A DNA stretch of 39,257 nucleotides from Candidatus Omnitrophota bacterium (GCA_043803685.1 JAZDJU010000080.1:1-39257); one strand, 5' to 3'; shown: positions 24,864-37,200, numbered from the stretch's first letter. Program-made: numbers and translations. Notes: a model not told the origin generated them from the sequence alone.

Positions 24864-25964
24864 TTACTGCGGTGTGAGGTGGGACATCTCGCCCTGGGGC
24901 CTAGGTAGCGTAAAAATGAACCTGCTGCCTTTGCCGAGTTCACTCTCGACCCAAAGCCTTCCTTGGTGAAGTTCGACGATGTCCTTGGCAATAGGAAGCC
25001 CTAGACCGGTGCCTTCCTGTTTCTCCGCCAGGATCCGTTCGAATTTATCAAATATCTTGTCCAAAGACTCTTCGGGGATCCCGGGACCGGTATCGGCGAT
25101 CTCAAAGCGGACCTCCCTTGCGTCCCCGGTCAGCTTCACCGTGATGCTCCCATGGGACGTATACTTAATAGCATTGTTCAGAAGATTGATGATCACTTCC
25201 ATCAGCTTGTCGCGATCCCCAATAAGAAACTCCGGTTTTGGCTGGATCTCCTTCCGAAGCGTAAGTTGTTTTTTTGAGATCTCCATCTGATAGGTCTTCA
25301 TTACCTCTTTCACCAAAGCATGGAGATCGATCTTTTCCTTCTTCAATTTCAATTTACCAGATTCTATTTGCGAGAGATCCAGAAGATCGGTCACCAGGCG
25401 CAACAGCCGATCCGTGCTACTGCCCGCGATTTCCAGAATTTCTTTTTGTTTGACGCTCACTTCGCCGACGATCTTATCAAGGATCAGACTGATGGATTCC
25501 CGGATCACGGCGAGCGGATTTTTCAATTCATGGGAAACATTCGCGACGAATGCAGATTTTCGCGCATCCATCTTTTTAAGTTCTTCATTGTGCGACTTCA
25601 CCCGTTTCACCAGCTCTTGCTCATGCTCCATCGTAGCTTTCAACTTCGCCAGAAGATACGCCATCAAAAACACGAAGCAGGCTCGCGCCGCCATATTCAC
25701 ATAAAAAAAAGCGGGGCTGTAATAAAGCTCTACAATATGGTGGCCATATTTCAAAAACCAACTGGCGGCACTGCAAAAGGCTATGAAGTAACCTGACTTG
25801 GATCCCGAAAACCAGGTCGCTAAAAAAACGGGCGCGAGGTAAAAAACAATAAGGGAGGGATGCCGGCTTACATGCGAATCAAGGAAGGTAAGTCCGACGA
25901 CAAGAGCAACGGCTCCAGCAACCGCCAAAAATCCCGAGATTCTATTCGCTCGTGAGGAAGTCAT
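24864..25964 (-). CDS. Membrane sensor histidine kinase
   Basis: About four N-terminal TM helices, H-box SHELKNPL, N-box NLLNNAIKY, G-boxes DTGPGI and GTGLGL. Confidence 0.92.
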   Translation of the reverse strand: MTSSRANRISGFLAVAGAVALVVGLTFLDSHVSRHPSLIVFYLAPVFLATWFSGSKSGYFIAFCSAASWFLKYGHHIVELYYSPAFFYVNMAARACFVFLMAYLLAKLKATMEHEQELVKRVKSHNEELKKMDARKSAFVANVSHELKNPLAVIRESISLILDKIVGEVSVKQKEILEIAGSSTDRLLRLVTDLLDLSQIESGKLKLKKEKIDLHALVKEVMKTYQMEISKKQLTLRKEIQPKPEFLIGDRDKLMEVIINLLNNAIKYTSHGSITVKLTGDAREVRFEIADTGPGIPEESLDKIFDKFERILAEKQEGTGLGLPIAKDIVELHQGRLWVESELGKGSRFIFTLPRPQGEMSHLTPQ

Positions 25965-25992
25965 TTTTCAACCTCAGCCATTCCAAGTAAAG

Positions 25993-26385
25993 TTATAAAG
26001 GTTTACCCTTCTGCTGGTCCTTCTTGTTAATACTTTTCAGCTGATCATTCTCGAAAACAAGATAAGCTTTCGGATAGATCCAGATCGCGAAAGGCGGTTC
26101 GCCAGGATCCTCACCGCCCAGAGCTTCGATGGATTTCCCCATGCTTGAAAGCACTTGAACCTTACTCATGCCAAGATCGATCTGCCCGCCTAAAACTTTT
26201 TCCTTAACAGCTTCGGGCCATTCTGGATGCCTACGCACAAGCTCTTGCCGATGAAGCGTTTTTGTTTCCGGTAATGCATACCTTCCGAAATAAAGTTTAT
26301 TCTCAGGAAGATCTTTTATTTTTTGAGCGCTCGCACATCCACTCATAACGGTCAAAATTAACAAACCCAAACCCATCCACCTCAT
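25993..26385 (-). CDS. Hypothetical lipoprotein
   Basis: SD AAGGAG, then MRWMGLGLLILTVMSGC (lipobox); the GMSKVQVLSSMG motif resembles SmpA/OmlA-like folds. Confidence 0.75.
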   Translation of the reverse strand: MRWMGLGLLILTVMSGCASAQKIKDLPENKLYFGRYALPETKTLHRQELVRRHPEWPEAVKEKVLGGQIDLGMSKVQVLSSMGKSIEALGGEDPGEPPFAIWIYPKAYLVFENDQLKSINKKDQQKGKPL

Positions 26386-26472
26386 ACCATCTCCTTTTTC
26401 AGCACTAACAGTCAAAAGAAGTTCTTTGATAGGCCGCGATTGTATCACAAAGCAAAAAGGCGCCGGCGCAAA

Positions 26473-27309
26473 TCATGTCGGGACTTCAGCTTTAATGAAC
26501 GCGAGAAGGTCCGTGTTAAGTTTGTCCTTGTGCGTATCGGTCAAGCCGTGCGGTGCGCCCGGATAAACGATCAATTTTGAGTTCTTGATGATCTTGGCTG
26601 AAGCCCGGCCTGCGGCATCTATCGGCACCACCTGATCGTCGTCTCCGTGGATCACCAGCGTCGGCACGTCGAATTTCTTTAGGTCTTCGGTAAAATCGGT
26701 TTCCGAGAAGGCCTTGATGCATTCGCAGGTGTTCTTGTGGCCGCCCATCATTCCCTGCATCCACCACGAATCAATCATACCCTGCGAAATTTTTGCGTCT
26801 GGCTGGTTGAAACCAAAAAACGGGCCGCTGGCAACATTTTTAAAGAACTGCGAGCGATCGGCCAGAAAGGCAGCACGAAAACCGTCGAACACCTCCATCG
26901 GCAATCCCCCCGGATTCGCCTGCGTCTTGAGCATCAACGGAGTCACCGCCGAGATCAAAACCGCTTTAGCCACTCGTTGGGTGCCATAGCGGCCGATGTA
27001 TCGGGCCACTTCTCCGCCTCCGGTGGAAAAACCGATCAAAATAATGTTTTTCAGATCAAGCTTTTCGATCAAAACCGCAAGATCATCCGCGTAGGTATTC
27101 ATCTCGTTACCTTCCGATGGCTGACTGGAACGACCGTGCCCGCGCCGATCATGAGCGATACAGCGATAACCCTTGGATGCCAAGAAGAACATCTGTGATT
27201 CCCAGCTATCGGCTGTTAATGGCCATCCGTGGCAAAAAACAACGGGTTGACCTTTCCCCCAATCTTTGTAATAGAGCTGCGTTCCATCTTTTACGACAAT
27301 GGTTCCCAT
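26473..27309 (-). CDS. Non-heme haloperoxidase-like alpha/beta hydrolase
   Basis: [25 protein letters not shown] nucleophile elbow, [14 protein letters not shown]. Start moved to MGTIVVKDG, behind GAAGGAG. Confidence 0.92.
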   Translation of the reverse strand: MGTIVVKDGTQLYYKDWGKGQPVVFCHGWPLTADSWESQMFFLASKGYRCIAHDRRGHGRSSQPSEGNEMNTYADDLAVLIEKLDLKNIILIGFSTGGGEVARYIGRYGTQRVAKAVLISAVTPLMLKTQANPGGLPMEVFDGFRAAFLADRSQFFKNVASGPFFGFNQPDAKISQGMIDSWWMQGMMGGHKNTCECIKAFSETDFTEDLKKFDVPTLVIHGDDDQVVPIDAAGRASAKIIKNSKLIVYPGAPHGLTDTHKDKLNTDLLAFIKAEVPT

Positions 27310-27489
27310 GGCTTGCTCTCCTTCTTCATCGTGCTTTTCAAAAAGGCGGCTCCATCCTGATGAATGGCTGCCACTTATTTGAGTCCGTTCAAGTATTTTT
27401 CTTTCTGCTAAGAACTTTACTGTAGGCAAAGATCATCAAACTGATGATTGCGCTCCAGCTACAAATCATAAAAATCCAGCCCGATAATT

Positions 27490-30195
27490 TCATGACCCCG
27501 CCTTTTTCCTCTGCACCCACCAAAGACAAACTTTCTTTTCGAGTCCAACGATCATGGCGATCAGGATGCTAGCGCCAAGAATGCGCAGCCAAGCGTCTAT
27601 CGGCATGGGGGCCGAGTGAAAAAGCTTGTTCATGAACGGCGCATGAACAAAGAGTCCCTGGACCAAGACCATGAGTCCGATCCCCCACAAGACCCAAAGA
27701 TTCGAGAAGAAACCGATGGCGAAAGCGGACTTCGTAAGCGAGCGACAGTTAAAAAGATAGAAGAGTTCTCCCATCACAAGCATCGTGGTCGCGACACTTC
27801 GGGCCTGTTCTAAGGAGGCCCCCCGGCTTAACTCCAGCTCGAAAAGTCCGAACACACCGGCGACAAGAAGCAGACCGACGTAGAAAGTGCGAATCACAAC
27901 ATCCCGCGTCATGATCGGAAGCTTCGGATCTTGGGGCGGACGAGTCATGATATCCTTCTCCTTCGGCTCGAAAGCCAGCATCATCCCGAGAAAGATCGCC
28001 GTTGTCATATTCACCCAAAGGATCTGCACCGGAAGGATCGGAAGCGCCGCGCCCATAAAGATCGCCAAAAGGATCGAAAGTCCTTCGCCGAGATTCGTCG
28101 GAAGAGACCAAACGATGAATTTCTTGAGATTTTCAAAAACGCAACGCCCCTCTTCCACCGCCGCTTCAATGGACGCAAAATTATCGTCGGTCAGGACCAT
28201 ATCCGCCGCTTCTTTGGCCACTTCGGTCCCGGTGATCCCCATCGCGATCCCGATATTCGCTTGCTTCAGGGCGGGGGCATCGTTGACGCCATCCCCGGTC
28301 ATGGCGACAATATTTCCTAGAGATTGTAAAGCTTTCACAAGACGCAGTTTCTGTTCAGGAGTGACCCGCGCAAAGACTGAGGCTTTGTCCGCGGCTTCCA
28401 CAAAAGCTACGTCATTCATGCCTTCGATCTGCTTCCCTGAATACGAGATCAACTCCTCAGCCTCAGAGGATCGCTTCAGCCCCAGCTGCTTCGCGATCGC
28501 CGTCGCCGTAAGCACATGGTCGCCGGTGATCATCTTAACCCTCATGCCGGCGGCATAACAGCTCTGCACCGCAACGATCGCCTCTTTCCTCGGAGGATCG
28601 ATCATCGCCTGTAGCCCAAGAAAAGTCATCCCCTTCAGATCCGCGTGGGCCAACGAAGAGGCCCCGGAGGAAGTTTCTTTTTTCGAGAAAGCAAGAACGC
28701 GCAATCCCTTCGCCGCCATCGCTTCAACGCTCGCTAAAATATCTTTTCTATTCTGAGCATCCCCGCAACGCTCCAAGATCTTTTCGACGGATCCTTTGGC
28801 GTAAATCACCCGCGGTTTTCCTGCCCCAGAGTCATGAAGCGTTGCCATGTACTGATGCTCTGACTCGAAGGGGATCATGTCCTGCCGTTTCATCGAGGCA
28901 TTCAGGGTGGATTCTTCAAGACCTACTTTCCGGGCTGAAACGATCAGAGCCCCTTCGGTAGGGTCCCCTTCGATCTCGTAACGCCCATTCTTTTCAACCA
29001 GGCGCGCGCTATTGCAAAGCAGTCCCGCCAACAGACATTCCTTGAGTGAAGCGAACGACAAAACATCGACGACCCGATCCCCTTGCCGTATTTCTCCTTG
29101 AGGAAGATATCCCGCGCCCGTCACTGCATAAAGTTTCCCGTCCGCGAGGATCTCCTGAACCGTCATCTGATTCTCGGTGAGCGTCCCTGTTTTGTCGGAG
29201 CAAATGATCATCGCGCTCCCCAAGGTTTCAACGGCCGGAAGTTTGCGGATGATCGCACGGCGCTTTGCCATACGCGATACCCCGATCGCGAGGGTGATCG
29301 TCACCACCGCCGGCAATCCTTCCGGAATGGCGCCCACGGCCAGCGCCACCGCCGCCATGAACATTTCGACCGGCGACTGACCGCGCAGGACTCCGACAAG
29401 AAATGTCAATGCCGCCATCCCGAGGATCACATAAAGAAGAAAATGGCTGAAATGCGCGATCTTTTTGGTGAGCGGCGTGGCCAGATTATCCGCTGAGGAG
29501 ATCAATTCCGAGATCCTTCCGACTTCCGTATAGTCGCCCGTGGCGACCACCACCGCCCGGCCCTGACCGTAAGTGACAAGAGCGGAGGTATAAACCATAT
29601 TGACGCGGTCCGCGAGCCCCGTCCCCTCGGCCACAGGCTCCGTCTTCTTTTCAACTGGCAGGGATTCCCCCGTGAGCGCGGATTCATTGACCTGAAGTTC
29701 TCGGATCTTCAGAAGTCGCATGTCAGCCGGAACCTTGTCCCCCGAAACGACCATCACGATATCCCCGGGCACAAGCTCGGTGGACGGGATATTTTTCTCA
29801 ACCCCGTCACGCAAAACCGTGGTCTGGGTGGTCATGGAGCGGGCTAGTGCCGCAAGCGCGTTCAGGGCCTTGGATTCCTGAAGAAAACCCACGATGGAGT
29901 TGATCAGCACCACTCCAAAGATCACGGAACTATCGATCCACTCCTTCAGGATGAAAGTGATAAGTGCGGCAGCCACAAGGATATAGACAAGAGGCTGATT
30001 GAATTGCATGAGAAAACGCAGCCAGGCCGGCGTCCCCTTTTTCGGGGTCAACACATTCCATCCGAACTGTTTCTGCCGCTGAGCGACATCGCTATCTCTC
30101 AACCCATGATCCGCGGAAGTCTCTAATCTCGCCAATGTTGCTTCGCTTGTGAAACTATGCCACTTTTTCTCCTCCAAGACGTCTTGAGCTTCCAT
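27490..30195 (-). CDS. Cation-transporting P-type ATPase (type II)
   Basis: LTGES, AIPEGLP, DKTGTLT, MITGD, TGDGVND motifs and multiple TM helices. Confidence 0.95.
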   Translation of the reverse strand: MEAQDVLEEKKWHSFTSEATLARLETSADHGLRDSDVAQRQKQFGWNVLTPKKGTPAWLRFLMQFNQPLVYILVAAALITFILKEWIDSSVIFGVVLINSIVGFLQESKALNALAALARSMTTQTTVLRDGVEKNIPSTELVPGDIVMVVSGDKVPADMRLLKIRELQVNESALTGESLPVEKKTEPVAEGTGLADRVNMVYTSALVTYGQGRAVVVATGDYTEVGRISELISSADNLATPLTKKIAHFSHFLLYVILGMAALTFLVGVLRGQSPVEMFMAAVALAVGAIPEGLPAVVTITLAIGVSRMAKRRAIIRKLPAVETLGSAMIICSDKTGTLTENQMTVQEILADGKLYAVTGAGYLPQGEIRQGDRVVDVLSFASLKECLLAGLLCNSARLVEKNGRYEIEGDPTEGALIVSARKVGLEESTLNASMKRQDMIPFESEHQYMATLHDSGAGKPRVIYAKGSVEKILERCGDAQNRKDILASVEAMAAKGLRVLAFSKKETSSGASSLAHADLKGMTFLGLQAMIDPPRKEAIVAVQSCYAAGMRVKMITGDHVLTATAIAKQLGLKRSSEAEELISYSGKQIEGMNDVAFVEAADKASVFARVTPEQKLRLVKALQSLGNIVAMTGDGVNDAPALKQANIGIAMGITGTEVAKEAADMVLTDDNFASIEAAVEEGRCVFENLKKFIVWSLPTNLGEGLSILLAIFMGAALPILPVQILWVNMTTAIFLGMMLAFEPKEKDIMTRPPQDPKLPIMTRDVVIRTFYVGLLLVAGVFGLFELELSRGASLEQARSVATTMLVMGELFYLFNCRSLTKSAFAIGFFSNLWVLWGIGLMVLVQGLFVHAPFMNKLFHSAPMPIDAWLRILGASILIAMIVGLEKKVCLWWVQRKKAGS

Positions 30196-30224
30196 AAATC
30201 TCCTACAGAATTTTTTGTGGCGCC

Positions 30225-31553
30225 TTATGAAGCGATTTTCTTCGTTAAGCCGACAGTGCCTTCGTAGATCTTTTTGCGTCTTAACTTTCTTGCCATAACC
30301 GTCAGACCTTCCAACTGCACGACCTCCCCCGGATCAGGTGCCCGGCCCAGCTTTTCATTGATCCATCCCGCGAGCGTCAGGGGGCCGCCCGTTGTGGTTT
30401 GTGGTTTAAACTCGTAGCCTAAAGTGGAAGACACAAGACTCATAGGAACACCGCCCCCCATGATCCAGGAAGAACCAAAAGGGTGAACATGCCCCGGAAG
30501 GCGATCGTATTCATCTTCGATATTTCCCACCAGCTCCTCGATCAGATCCTCCAAAGCGATGAGCCCGGCTACCCGATCATGCTCGTCGCGGACCAAAGCA
30601 ATATGGGTTTTATCATGGATCAATTGACTCAACACCTCCGAAAGCCGTGAATTTCTGTTTACAGACGGAATAGGCCGTGTAATCCCACGAATGTTAGGGC
30701 TCGAGGGATTGACCTTCAGGGCATTAATAATGTCTTTGAAATTCACATAGCCCATGATCGTCTGGGGGTCTTTTTCCAGTTCACAGACGGGATAACGCGT
30801 GTGCATATCGAGATGCGCCTTGATGAAGGCATCCGAAAGGTTGTCAGTGACCGGGATCATAACGATATCGGAAGCGGGCAACATGATGCCGGACACAGTC
30901 CTCCGGGAAAACTCAGCCGCAGATAGAACGATCTTTTCTTCCGCGGCGCCGATCAGCCGCGAGGTTCTGGCCAGCGTCGCGGCCGCTTTTAATTCGTGAA
31001 GTCCCTGCTGTTCTTCGCCGCCCGCGTTCCGCCCGACCCGGCCCGCGCTCAACGTCATCACTCTTTTAACGGTCTTTTCGAAAACCGATACCGCGGGATG
31101 CGCGATCCATGCGATCCCTTTCATGGCGGGTGAGAGCGAAAGTAAGACCCACTCCCGGTTCTGGAGGGCAAACATCTTTGGGACCAACTCGGCAAAAAGG
31201 ATCGTAAAAACGCTGAGGGGAATGACGAGACAAATGACCGCGACCACTTCCGCGATCCCATCGGGGATCCGGAGAACGTCTGTCAAATAGGGGGTAAAGG
31301 ATTCCTGGATCCCAGCACCGCCCGTTGCTGCCGCTAGCGCTCCGGCAAAAGTGATCCCCAGTTGAACGACAGCCAAGCTCGCCTCCATCCGGTCTTTCAT
31401 GAAAGCCGCCTCCTCGGCTCCCTTTTTCTTCTGCTGACAAAGCGCTGCCAGCCTGGCCCGCGAGATCGAGGCAAGCGCCATTTCATAGGATGCAAAGATC
31501 GCATTCACCATCAGCATCAAAGCGATCAGGATCAGCTCAAAACCAAAAGTCAT
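30225..31553 (-). CDS. CNNM/DUF21-CBS-CorC (hemolysin family) protein
   Basis: N-terminal TMs with F..YEMAL, QLGIT, AELVPK; CBS pair with HTRYPV and LEDLIEELVGNIEDEYD; CorC-like C-terminus. Confidence 0.9.
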   Translation of the reverse strand: MTFGFELILIALMLMVNAIFASYEMALASISRARLAALCQQKKKGAEEAAFMKDRMEASLAVVQLGITFAGALAAATGGAGIQESFTPYLTDVLRIPDGIAEVVAVICLVIPLSVFTILFAELVPKMFALQNREWVLLSLSPAMKGIAWIAHPAVSVFEKTVKRVMTLSAGRVGRNAGGEEQQGLHELKAAATLARTSRLIGAAEEKIVLSAAEFSRRTVSGIMLPASDIVMIPVTDNLSDAFIKAHLDMHTRYPVCELEKDPQTIMGYVNFKDIINALKVNPSSPNIRGITRPIPSVNRNSRLSEVLSQLIHDKTHIALVRDEHDRVAGLIALEDLIEELVGNIEDEYDRLPGHVHPFGSSWIMGGGVPMSLVSSTLGYEFKPQTTTGGPLTLAGWINEKLGRAPDPGEVVQLEGLTVMARKLRRKKIYEGTVGLTKKIAS

Positions 31554-31632
31554 CCAAATCTGACCTTTCTCTATTTACGCGTTACGCCACAAAACATTAA
31601 CGGCACGCTGAGCGCCCGAAAAATTCGAGGAA

Positions 31633-32511
31633 CTATCCGCTTTTCTGACCATAGTTCTTTTTCATATGTTTCAGAACATCGGAATCTGGTGAAAGCAACA
31701 ATGTTGTTTTATCCTGAAAACCCTTTTCATAGGCCTCCAGACTCCGCACGAAGGTGTAAAATGCCGGATCCTGTCCGTAGGCCTCGGCATAAACTTTCGT
31801 GGCCGTAGCATCGCCTTCGCCGCGCAGCTTCTGGCTCTCCTCATAGGCCTTCGCCATCAGGATCGTTTTGCTTTTATCGGTCTCGCCGCGGATCTTGAAG
31901 GCTTCTTCCTCCCCCTCTGAACGGTACCGTTTCGCGATCCTTTGGCGTTCCGCCTTCATTCTCGAGAAAACACTTTCCTGAACCTCCTGCGGAAGGTCAG
32001 CCCGCTTGATCCTCACGTCCACAAGCTCAATGCCGAACTTCGCGGCCTGCTTCCGTGCGTTGCCCGCGATGGTTTCCATGATGTTCTCACGCTCGCTTGC
32101 GATGATCTTACTGAAATCATGACTTGCAAGTTCCCGGCGCATTTCTGAGAACACGATGTCATCGAGACGCGCCTTGGCGCCCGCGAGATCGTTGACGGTC
32201 TTGTAGAAGAGGAGCGGGTCCACGATCTTCCAGCGGGTCACATGGTCCGCGACAAGCCTCTTCTTATCGAGCGTCAGATACTCCGCCGGCAACGCACCGC
32301 TTGTAAGGATCCTCTTCTCGAAAAAATTGGCCTGCTCCAAAAGCGGGATCTTGAGTTTTAATCCGGGGTCCTGAAGGGTCCGCCGGTATTCCCCGAGCCG
32401 GGTGATCACCACCTGATTCGTTTCATCCACAGTAAATACCGTGGAGGGAATAAGGAATGCCGCCGAGAGGATCACAATAGGCCAAAACCGCAAGAGCATC
32501 GCCGCGTTCAT
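31633..32511 (-). CDS. hflC: FtsH protease modulator HflC
   Basis: N-terminal TM, SPFH domain, DVRIKRADLP, RMKAER, AFYTFVRSLEAY. Confidence 0.92.
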   Translation of the reverse strand: MNAAMLLRFWPIVILSAAFLIPSTVFTVDETNQVVITRLGEYRRTLQDPGLKLKIPLLEQANFFEKRILTSGALPAEYLTLDKKRLVADHVTRWKIVDPLLFYKTVNDLAGAKARLDDIVFSEMRRELASHDFSKIIASERENIMETIAGNARKQAAKFGIELVDVRIKRADLPQEVQESVFSRMKAERQRIAKRYRSEGEEEAFKIRGETDKSKTILMAKAYEESQKLRGEGDATATKVYAEAYGQDPAFYTFVRSLEAYEKGFQDKTTLLLSPDSDVLKHMKKNYGQKSG

Positions 32512-33557
32512 GACACCACCTCTTTCTTTCTGGAAAGTGCCCCAGCACCCGACGGATCCTGAAGCGCATTAAGGAGTGACGGATTCTGCAAAGGAAGGAG
32601 CGGAAGGACATTCGCGCCCGCCTGGGGATCGATCACCACTTTGTTCGCGGCCGGATAGATCCGCTCCAGGGTTTCGATCTGCAGACGATTCCATGTCACT
32701 TCTTTGGATTTCTGGTACTCCCCAAGAAGCGCTGTGAATCGAACCGCATCCCCTTGGGCCCTGAGCACACGTTCCTCCTTGAAACCTTCCGCGCCCCGGA
32801 GCATCTTTTGCGCCTCACCGCGCGCGCGAGGTATCAGATCTTCCTGATATCCTTTCGCTTCATTGATCAGTCGTTCACGGTCTTCCCGCGCGCGCACCAC
32901 TTCGTGGAACGCGTCCTTGACCTGGTCCGGAGGATCCACCACCTGGAGCCGGACCTCCGTGATCATGAGACCGGATTCATAAGCATCCATAAGACGCTGA
33001 AGGAATTCCCGCGTTTCTTCCTGGATCTTTTGCCGCCCCACGGTAAGAGCATCATCAATGGTAGCTCGGCCCACGGCACTACGGAGCGCTACCTCGGTCG
33101 CTGTGAAAAGAGTCCCATCGGGATCATACAGCCGGAAAAGATACTTCACAGGATCGCTCACCTTGTATTGAACAATGATCTGAGCTTCGACCATGTTCTC
33201 ATCCCCGGTAAGCATCATCGCGTCCGAGCGGCCTCCCGTACGTCGGCTGAACTCTGAATTTTCACGGCCCTGCATGCCGAAACCCACCTCGATCCTGCGG
33301 ACCTGCTCGACGTTCACGATATCCACTTTATCAACCGGCCACGGCATGCGCCAGTTGAGCCCGGCACTCGCGACCCGGATCTTTTTTCCGAACTGCCGGA
33401 TGATCCCCTGCTCACCGGGCTTGACGATGTAAAAACCGCTCGCAAGCCATCCCACGATCAATAAAACAGCAAGCATGGGCACCATGCCGGGTTTTTTTAT
33501 GAAATTGTTCAACCAATCCAGAATCTGTTCGTCCGGGCTTGAGTATTCAGCTGTCAT
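32508..33557 (-). CDS. hflK: FtsH protease modulator HflK
   Basis: SGFYIV, MLTGDEN, PPDQVKDAF, IPRARGEA; 4-bp overlap with hflC. Confidence 0.92.
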   Translation of the reverse strand: MTAEYSSPDEQILDWLNNFIKKPGMVPMLAVLLIVGWLASGFYIVKPGEQGIIRQFGKKIRVASAGLNWRMPWPVDKVDIVNVEQVRRIEVGFGMQGRENSEFSRRTGGRSDAMMLTGDENMVEAQIIVQYKVSDPVKYLFRLYDPDGTLFTATEVALRSAVGRATIDDALTVGRQKIQEETREFLQRLMDAYESGLMITEVRLQVVDPPDQVKDAFHEVVRAREDRERLINEAKGYQEDLIPRARGEAQKMLRGAEGFKEERVLRAQGDAVRFTALLGEYQKSKEVTWNRLQIETLERIYPAANKVVIDPQAGANVLPLLPLQNPSLLNALQDPSGAGALSRKKEVVS

Positions 33558-33649
33558 TTTCCACCTCTCGGTTATAGTGACGGGATTCTTTTATTCGTAG
33601 AAAAACGCTCAATGAGTTCGCTGCAAATCAGCAGATTGATCACACACAG

Positions 33650-34003
33650 TTACACGGGCATCTTCGAAACACTTGCCTGAGCTCGTGATGCGGCGGCACT
33701 CGGGACTGCCACTCCGACGCCTTTCAAAAGGTTTCCGTGAATATCCTTTTTGCCTTGCTCATAGAGGATACAATCCATACCCTCTTTCTCCAAACGCGAT
33801 TGGATCGAACGAGCTTCGTCCATAGAAGCCGTCTCATAAACCTGTTTCCAGATCTCCCGCGAACCTTCTTGAGGGCTGGGCTCTTTGATTTGTGACTCGT
33901 TGGGCAAAGCCCTGTTGGCTCCAGAAGAAAATGGCCTTCCCCTCCTGGATATAAAATAGAGGATCATTCCGACAATCAAAAGATAAGCGATAAATGTAAC
34001 CAC
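33650..34003 (-). CDS. Small membrane-anchored hypothetical protein (DUF2007-like C-terminus)
   Basis: GTG start behind AAAAAGGAG, an N-terminal TM, and WKQVYETASMDEARSIQSRLEKEGM. Confidence 0.7.
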   Translation of the reverse strand: MVTFIAYLLIVGMILYFISRRGRPFSSGANRALPNESQIKEPSPQEGSREIWKQVYETASMDEARSIQSRLEKEGMDCILYEQGKKDIHGNLLKGVGVAVPSAAASRAQASVSKMPV

Positions 34004-34068
34004 AAAAAACTCCTTTTTGAAAAATGGGGGATTACTTACAAGACGACCGAATGGATCTTCCCGTAAAT

Positions 34069-34106
34069 AAAAAAAACCGCTATCTGACGTTATCGTCAGA
34101 TGGCGG
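34069..34106 (-). terminator. Intrinsic terminator / attenuator
   Basis: Minus strand CCGCCATCTGACG-ATAA-CGTCAGATAGCGG (13-bp stem, one mismatch) followed by T8. Confidence 0.9.
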
Positions 34107-34156
34107 CCCGACCATCAAAATGACTCCTCTTGGAAAATCTCCAAGACCCCTGTCCC
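34101..34156 (-). ncRNA. Candidate nhaA-I-like (Li+/Na+) riboswitch aptamer
   Basis: Minus strand GGGACAGGGG-TCTTGGA/TCCAAGA hairpin-...-GGTCGGGCCGCC. The 3' end overlaps the left arm of the terminator, and cation transport genes lie downstream. The family call rests on my recall of the consensus. Confidence 0.5.
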
Positions 34157-34248
34157 TAATTCTTTGTGTTGATTTTCCTACGTTGCCAGGGTAAGGTCAA
34201 GGCCTATCGAACCGTTAAAAGATTCCGCGACAGAAACGCGGCCCACGA

Positions 34249-37200
34249 TCATCCGATCTTCACCTCGGCCACATGTTCGATCCGGTCGTCCACAAGCCGC
34301 AGGGTCTTTTCCTCCTGTACCACGCCATCCAAAGTCACGGAAGTCACGTGATCCGAAGGTCCTGAACGGATAAAAGTAATATGATGGAAGGTCTCCCGGT
34401 ACCGGTAATGAAGCTTCCAGGAAGACCATTCCGCGGGAAGACACGGCTCGAAATAGATCCGGTCCACTTTCAAGCGGATCCCGAGCAAATATTTCACGAT
34501 AAGCTGATACATCCAGGACGCGGACCCGGTGTACCAGGTCCATCCCCCGCGCCCGGCAAGACCCGGCGAGACGTAAACATCTCCGGCCATCACGAAAGGC
34601 TCCACTTTGTAAACGGCACATTTTTCCGCCGTATCGCCGTGATGAACAGGGTTGATCATAGAGAGCAACTCCCAAGCCCGCTTTTGATCCCCGATGACCG
34701 CAAAGGCGATCGCCGCCCAGACCGCTGCGTGCGTGTACTGTCCACCGTTCTCCCTGACGCCCGGGACATAGCCTTTGATGTATCCCGGATTCGGGAAAGC
34801 CTTGTTGAAAGGAGGATCAAATAATTTCACGAGCGAGTGCTTCCTGTCGACCAACTGCCGGTCGACCTGATCCATGGCCTTCCGAGCCCTTTCTTTTTGG
34901 ACCGCGCCTGAAATGACCGCCCAGGATTGCGGGATCGAATCGATACGGCATTCGGTATTCTGGGAAGACCCCAGCGGATCCCCGTTGTCGAAATAAGCCC
35001 GGCGATACCACTCGCCGTCCCAGCCGTGTTCTTCAATATTCTGGGCAAGCTTTCCGGCCTCCACGGTACAAAACTCCGAAAAGTCGGGATCCCCACGCTG
35101 AGCGGCCAAAACCGCCATCGCCTTCAGGACATCGTAAAGAAAAAAAGCAAGCCACACACTTTCGCCTTTTCCTTCGAACCCGACCAAATTCATCCCGTCG
35201 TTCCAGTCCCCGCTGCCCATGAGCGGAAGGCCGTGAGCGCCGAACTTCAACCCTCTTTTGACGCTCAAAACACAATGCTCGTAAAGCGTCCCAGCGCGAG
35301 CCGCGGCCCTAGGCTGATCATAATAAGATTCTTCGGTCGGCTTGACAAGCGGACCTTCCAGAAACCCGATTGTTTCATCCAGGATCCCCGTGTCGCCGAT
35401 CTTTTCGACATAAAGACATGTCACGAACGGAAGCCATAGATAATCATCGGAACACTGGCTCCGGACCCCGCGGCCAGAGGGCGGATGCCACCAGTGCTGA
35501 ACATCTCCCTCGACAAATTGATGCCCCGCGAAGGTCAGCAACTGTTCCCGGACCATTTCCGGTTTTGAATGGATCAGCGCCATCACGTCTTGAAGCTGAT
35601 CCCGGAAACCGAACGCCCCACCGGATTGATAAAAACCGCTTCGCCCCAAAAGGCGGCAGCTGATGATCTGATACTGTAGCCATCCGTTCACGAGAAAATC
35701 GATCGAGGTGTCGGGCGTTTCCACATACACCACACCCAGGGTCTGCTTCCAGTATTCCCACACCCTTTCAAGTTCCTGACGCGCCGCGTCGGTCCCGTTA
35801 AAACGCCGGACCAGATTCCGCGCGTCCTCCACCGTTTGCCCGGAACCGAAAGTAAAGAGGACTTCTTTTTCCTCATGGTCCGCCAGCTCAAATTTCACCT
35901 GAGTCGCCACGCAGGGATCGATCCCCGCGCCCACTTTGCCGGAAAGCCTGTCCCGGCGCATCACCGAAGGCGAGGCCATGGTTCCGTTCCTGCCAATAAA
36001 TTCGATCCGGTCCCCGGTGACGAAACGCGTCGGCTCGCTAACATCCAAAAAGACGGTCCTATCCGGGAATTCTTTGTTGTAAGGGTTGCGGGCAAGCAAA
36101 GCGCCACTTTTGGGATCGATCTCGGTCACGATATGCGTGTGATATTTATCCCGGAAGGTCCCCATGACCAGTTCAAAATAAGCCGTCGCGGAGAGACACC
36201 TCCTCCGTCCGGAAATATTCCGGATCTTCAGCTTTGAGAATTTGACGCGGTCTTCCAGCGAAACGAATACCGTTAATTCGGACACGATTCCGTTCTCGGC
36301 GTGTTCGAAGATACTGTACCCGAACCCGTGGCGCGCGGTGTAACGCGTCTTCCCCGTCGCGGGAAGCGGGGTCGGAGACCAGAATCTCCCGCTCTCGTCA
36401 TCACGGATGTAAAGGGCCTCGCCCGAAGCGTCCGTGACGGCATCGTTCTTCCAAGGCGTGAGACGGAATTCGTGCGCGTTCTCACTCCAAGTATAGGCGC
36501 CGCCGCTTTCGGAGATCACCGTACCGAAGTGACGATTCGCCAACACATTGACCCACGGCGCGGGAGTGGTCTTCACGCTTGAGGTCGTTATCACGTATTC
36601 CCGTCCGTCCCCGGTAAAACCTCCCACACCGTTGTAATAAACAAGGTCGGAACGCTCCCCGGGTCCTTGATCTTCATCCCCCGGATCATCTTTCCGGGTC
36701 GGAACGAACGGCAAAAAGTTCACCTTGGGCTGGGTCACATCCTCGAGTTGCTCGGCCAACGTTCCTCCACGGTCGGAGATGATGATCCGTGCGACCGTCT
36801 GCATAAGGATCTTGTCTTCGTCGGACATCTGATCGGCGCGTCTTAAAAAGATCCCACCTTTCTGGCCCGCCCTTTCCTCGGCGTCGGCAATAATCAACCC
36901 GCTGATCCGCTCCCCCAGGCTGTCGCGGTAAATAGAACTGTCTTCATTCCAGATGACCAGATCGACCGCCAATCCTTTCATGCGCCAGTAGGCATGGGCC
37001 TGCATCATCTGCACGACCAGCTCGATATTGTCCTGGTTCTCGATACGGACGAGCACGATCGGGAGATCGCCGGAAATACTGTACCCCCAAAGATCCGGCT
37101 GGCCCCGGTTATTCCGCCGCAAAACACTCGCGCTCGCTCTCCACGACGGATTCGCGTACAAAATGGCACTGGCCAAACGACCGTAGAGCTGGGCGGAGGC

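Noticed and set aside
24864..25964. Orphan histidine kinase as a novel system
   Set aside because: Ordinary architecture; kinases without an adjacent response regulator are common.
31554..31632. Possible RNA element between hflC and the CNNM gene
   Set aside because: No recognisable consensus or strong stem.
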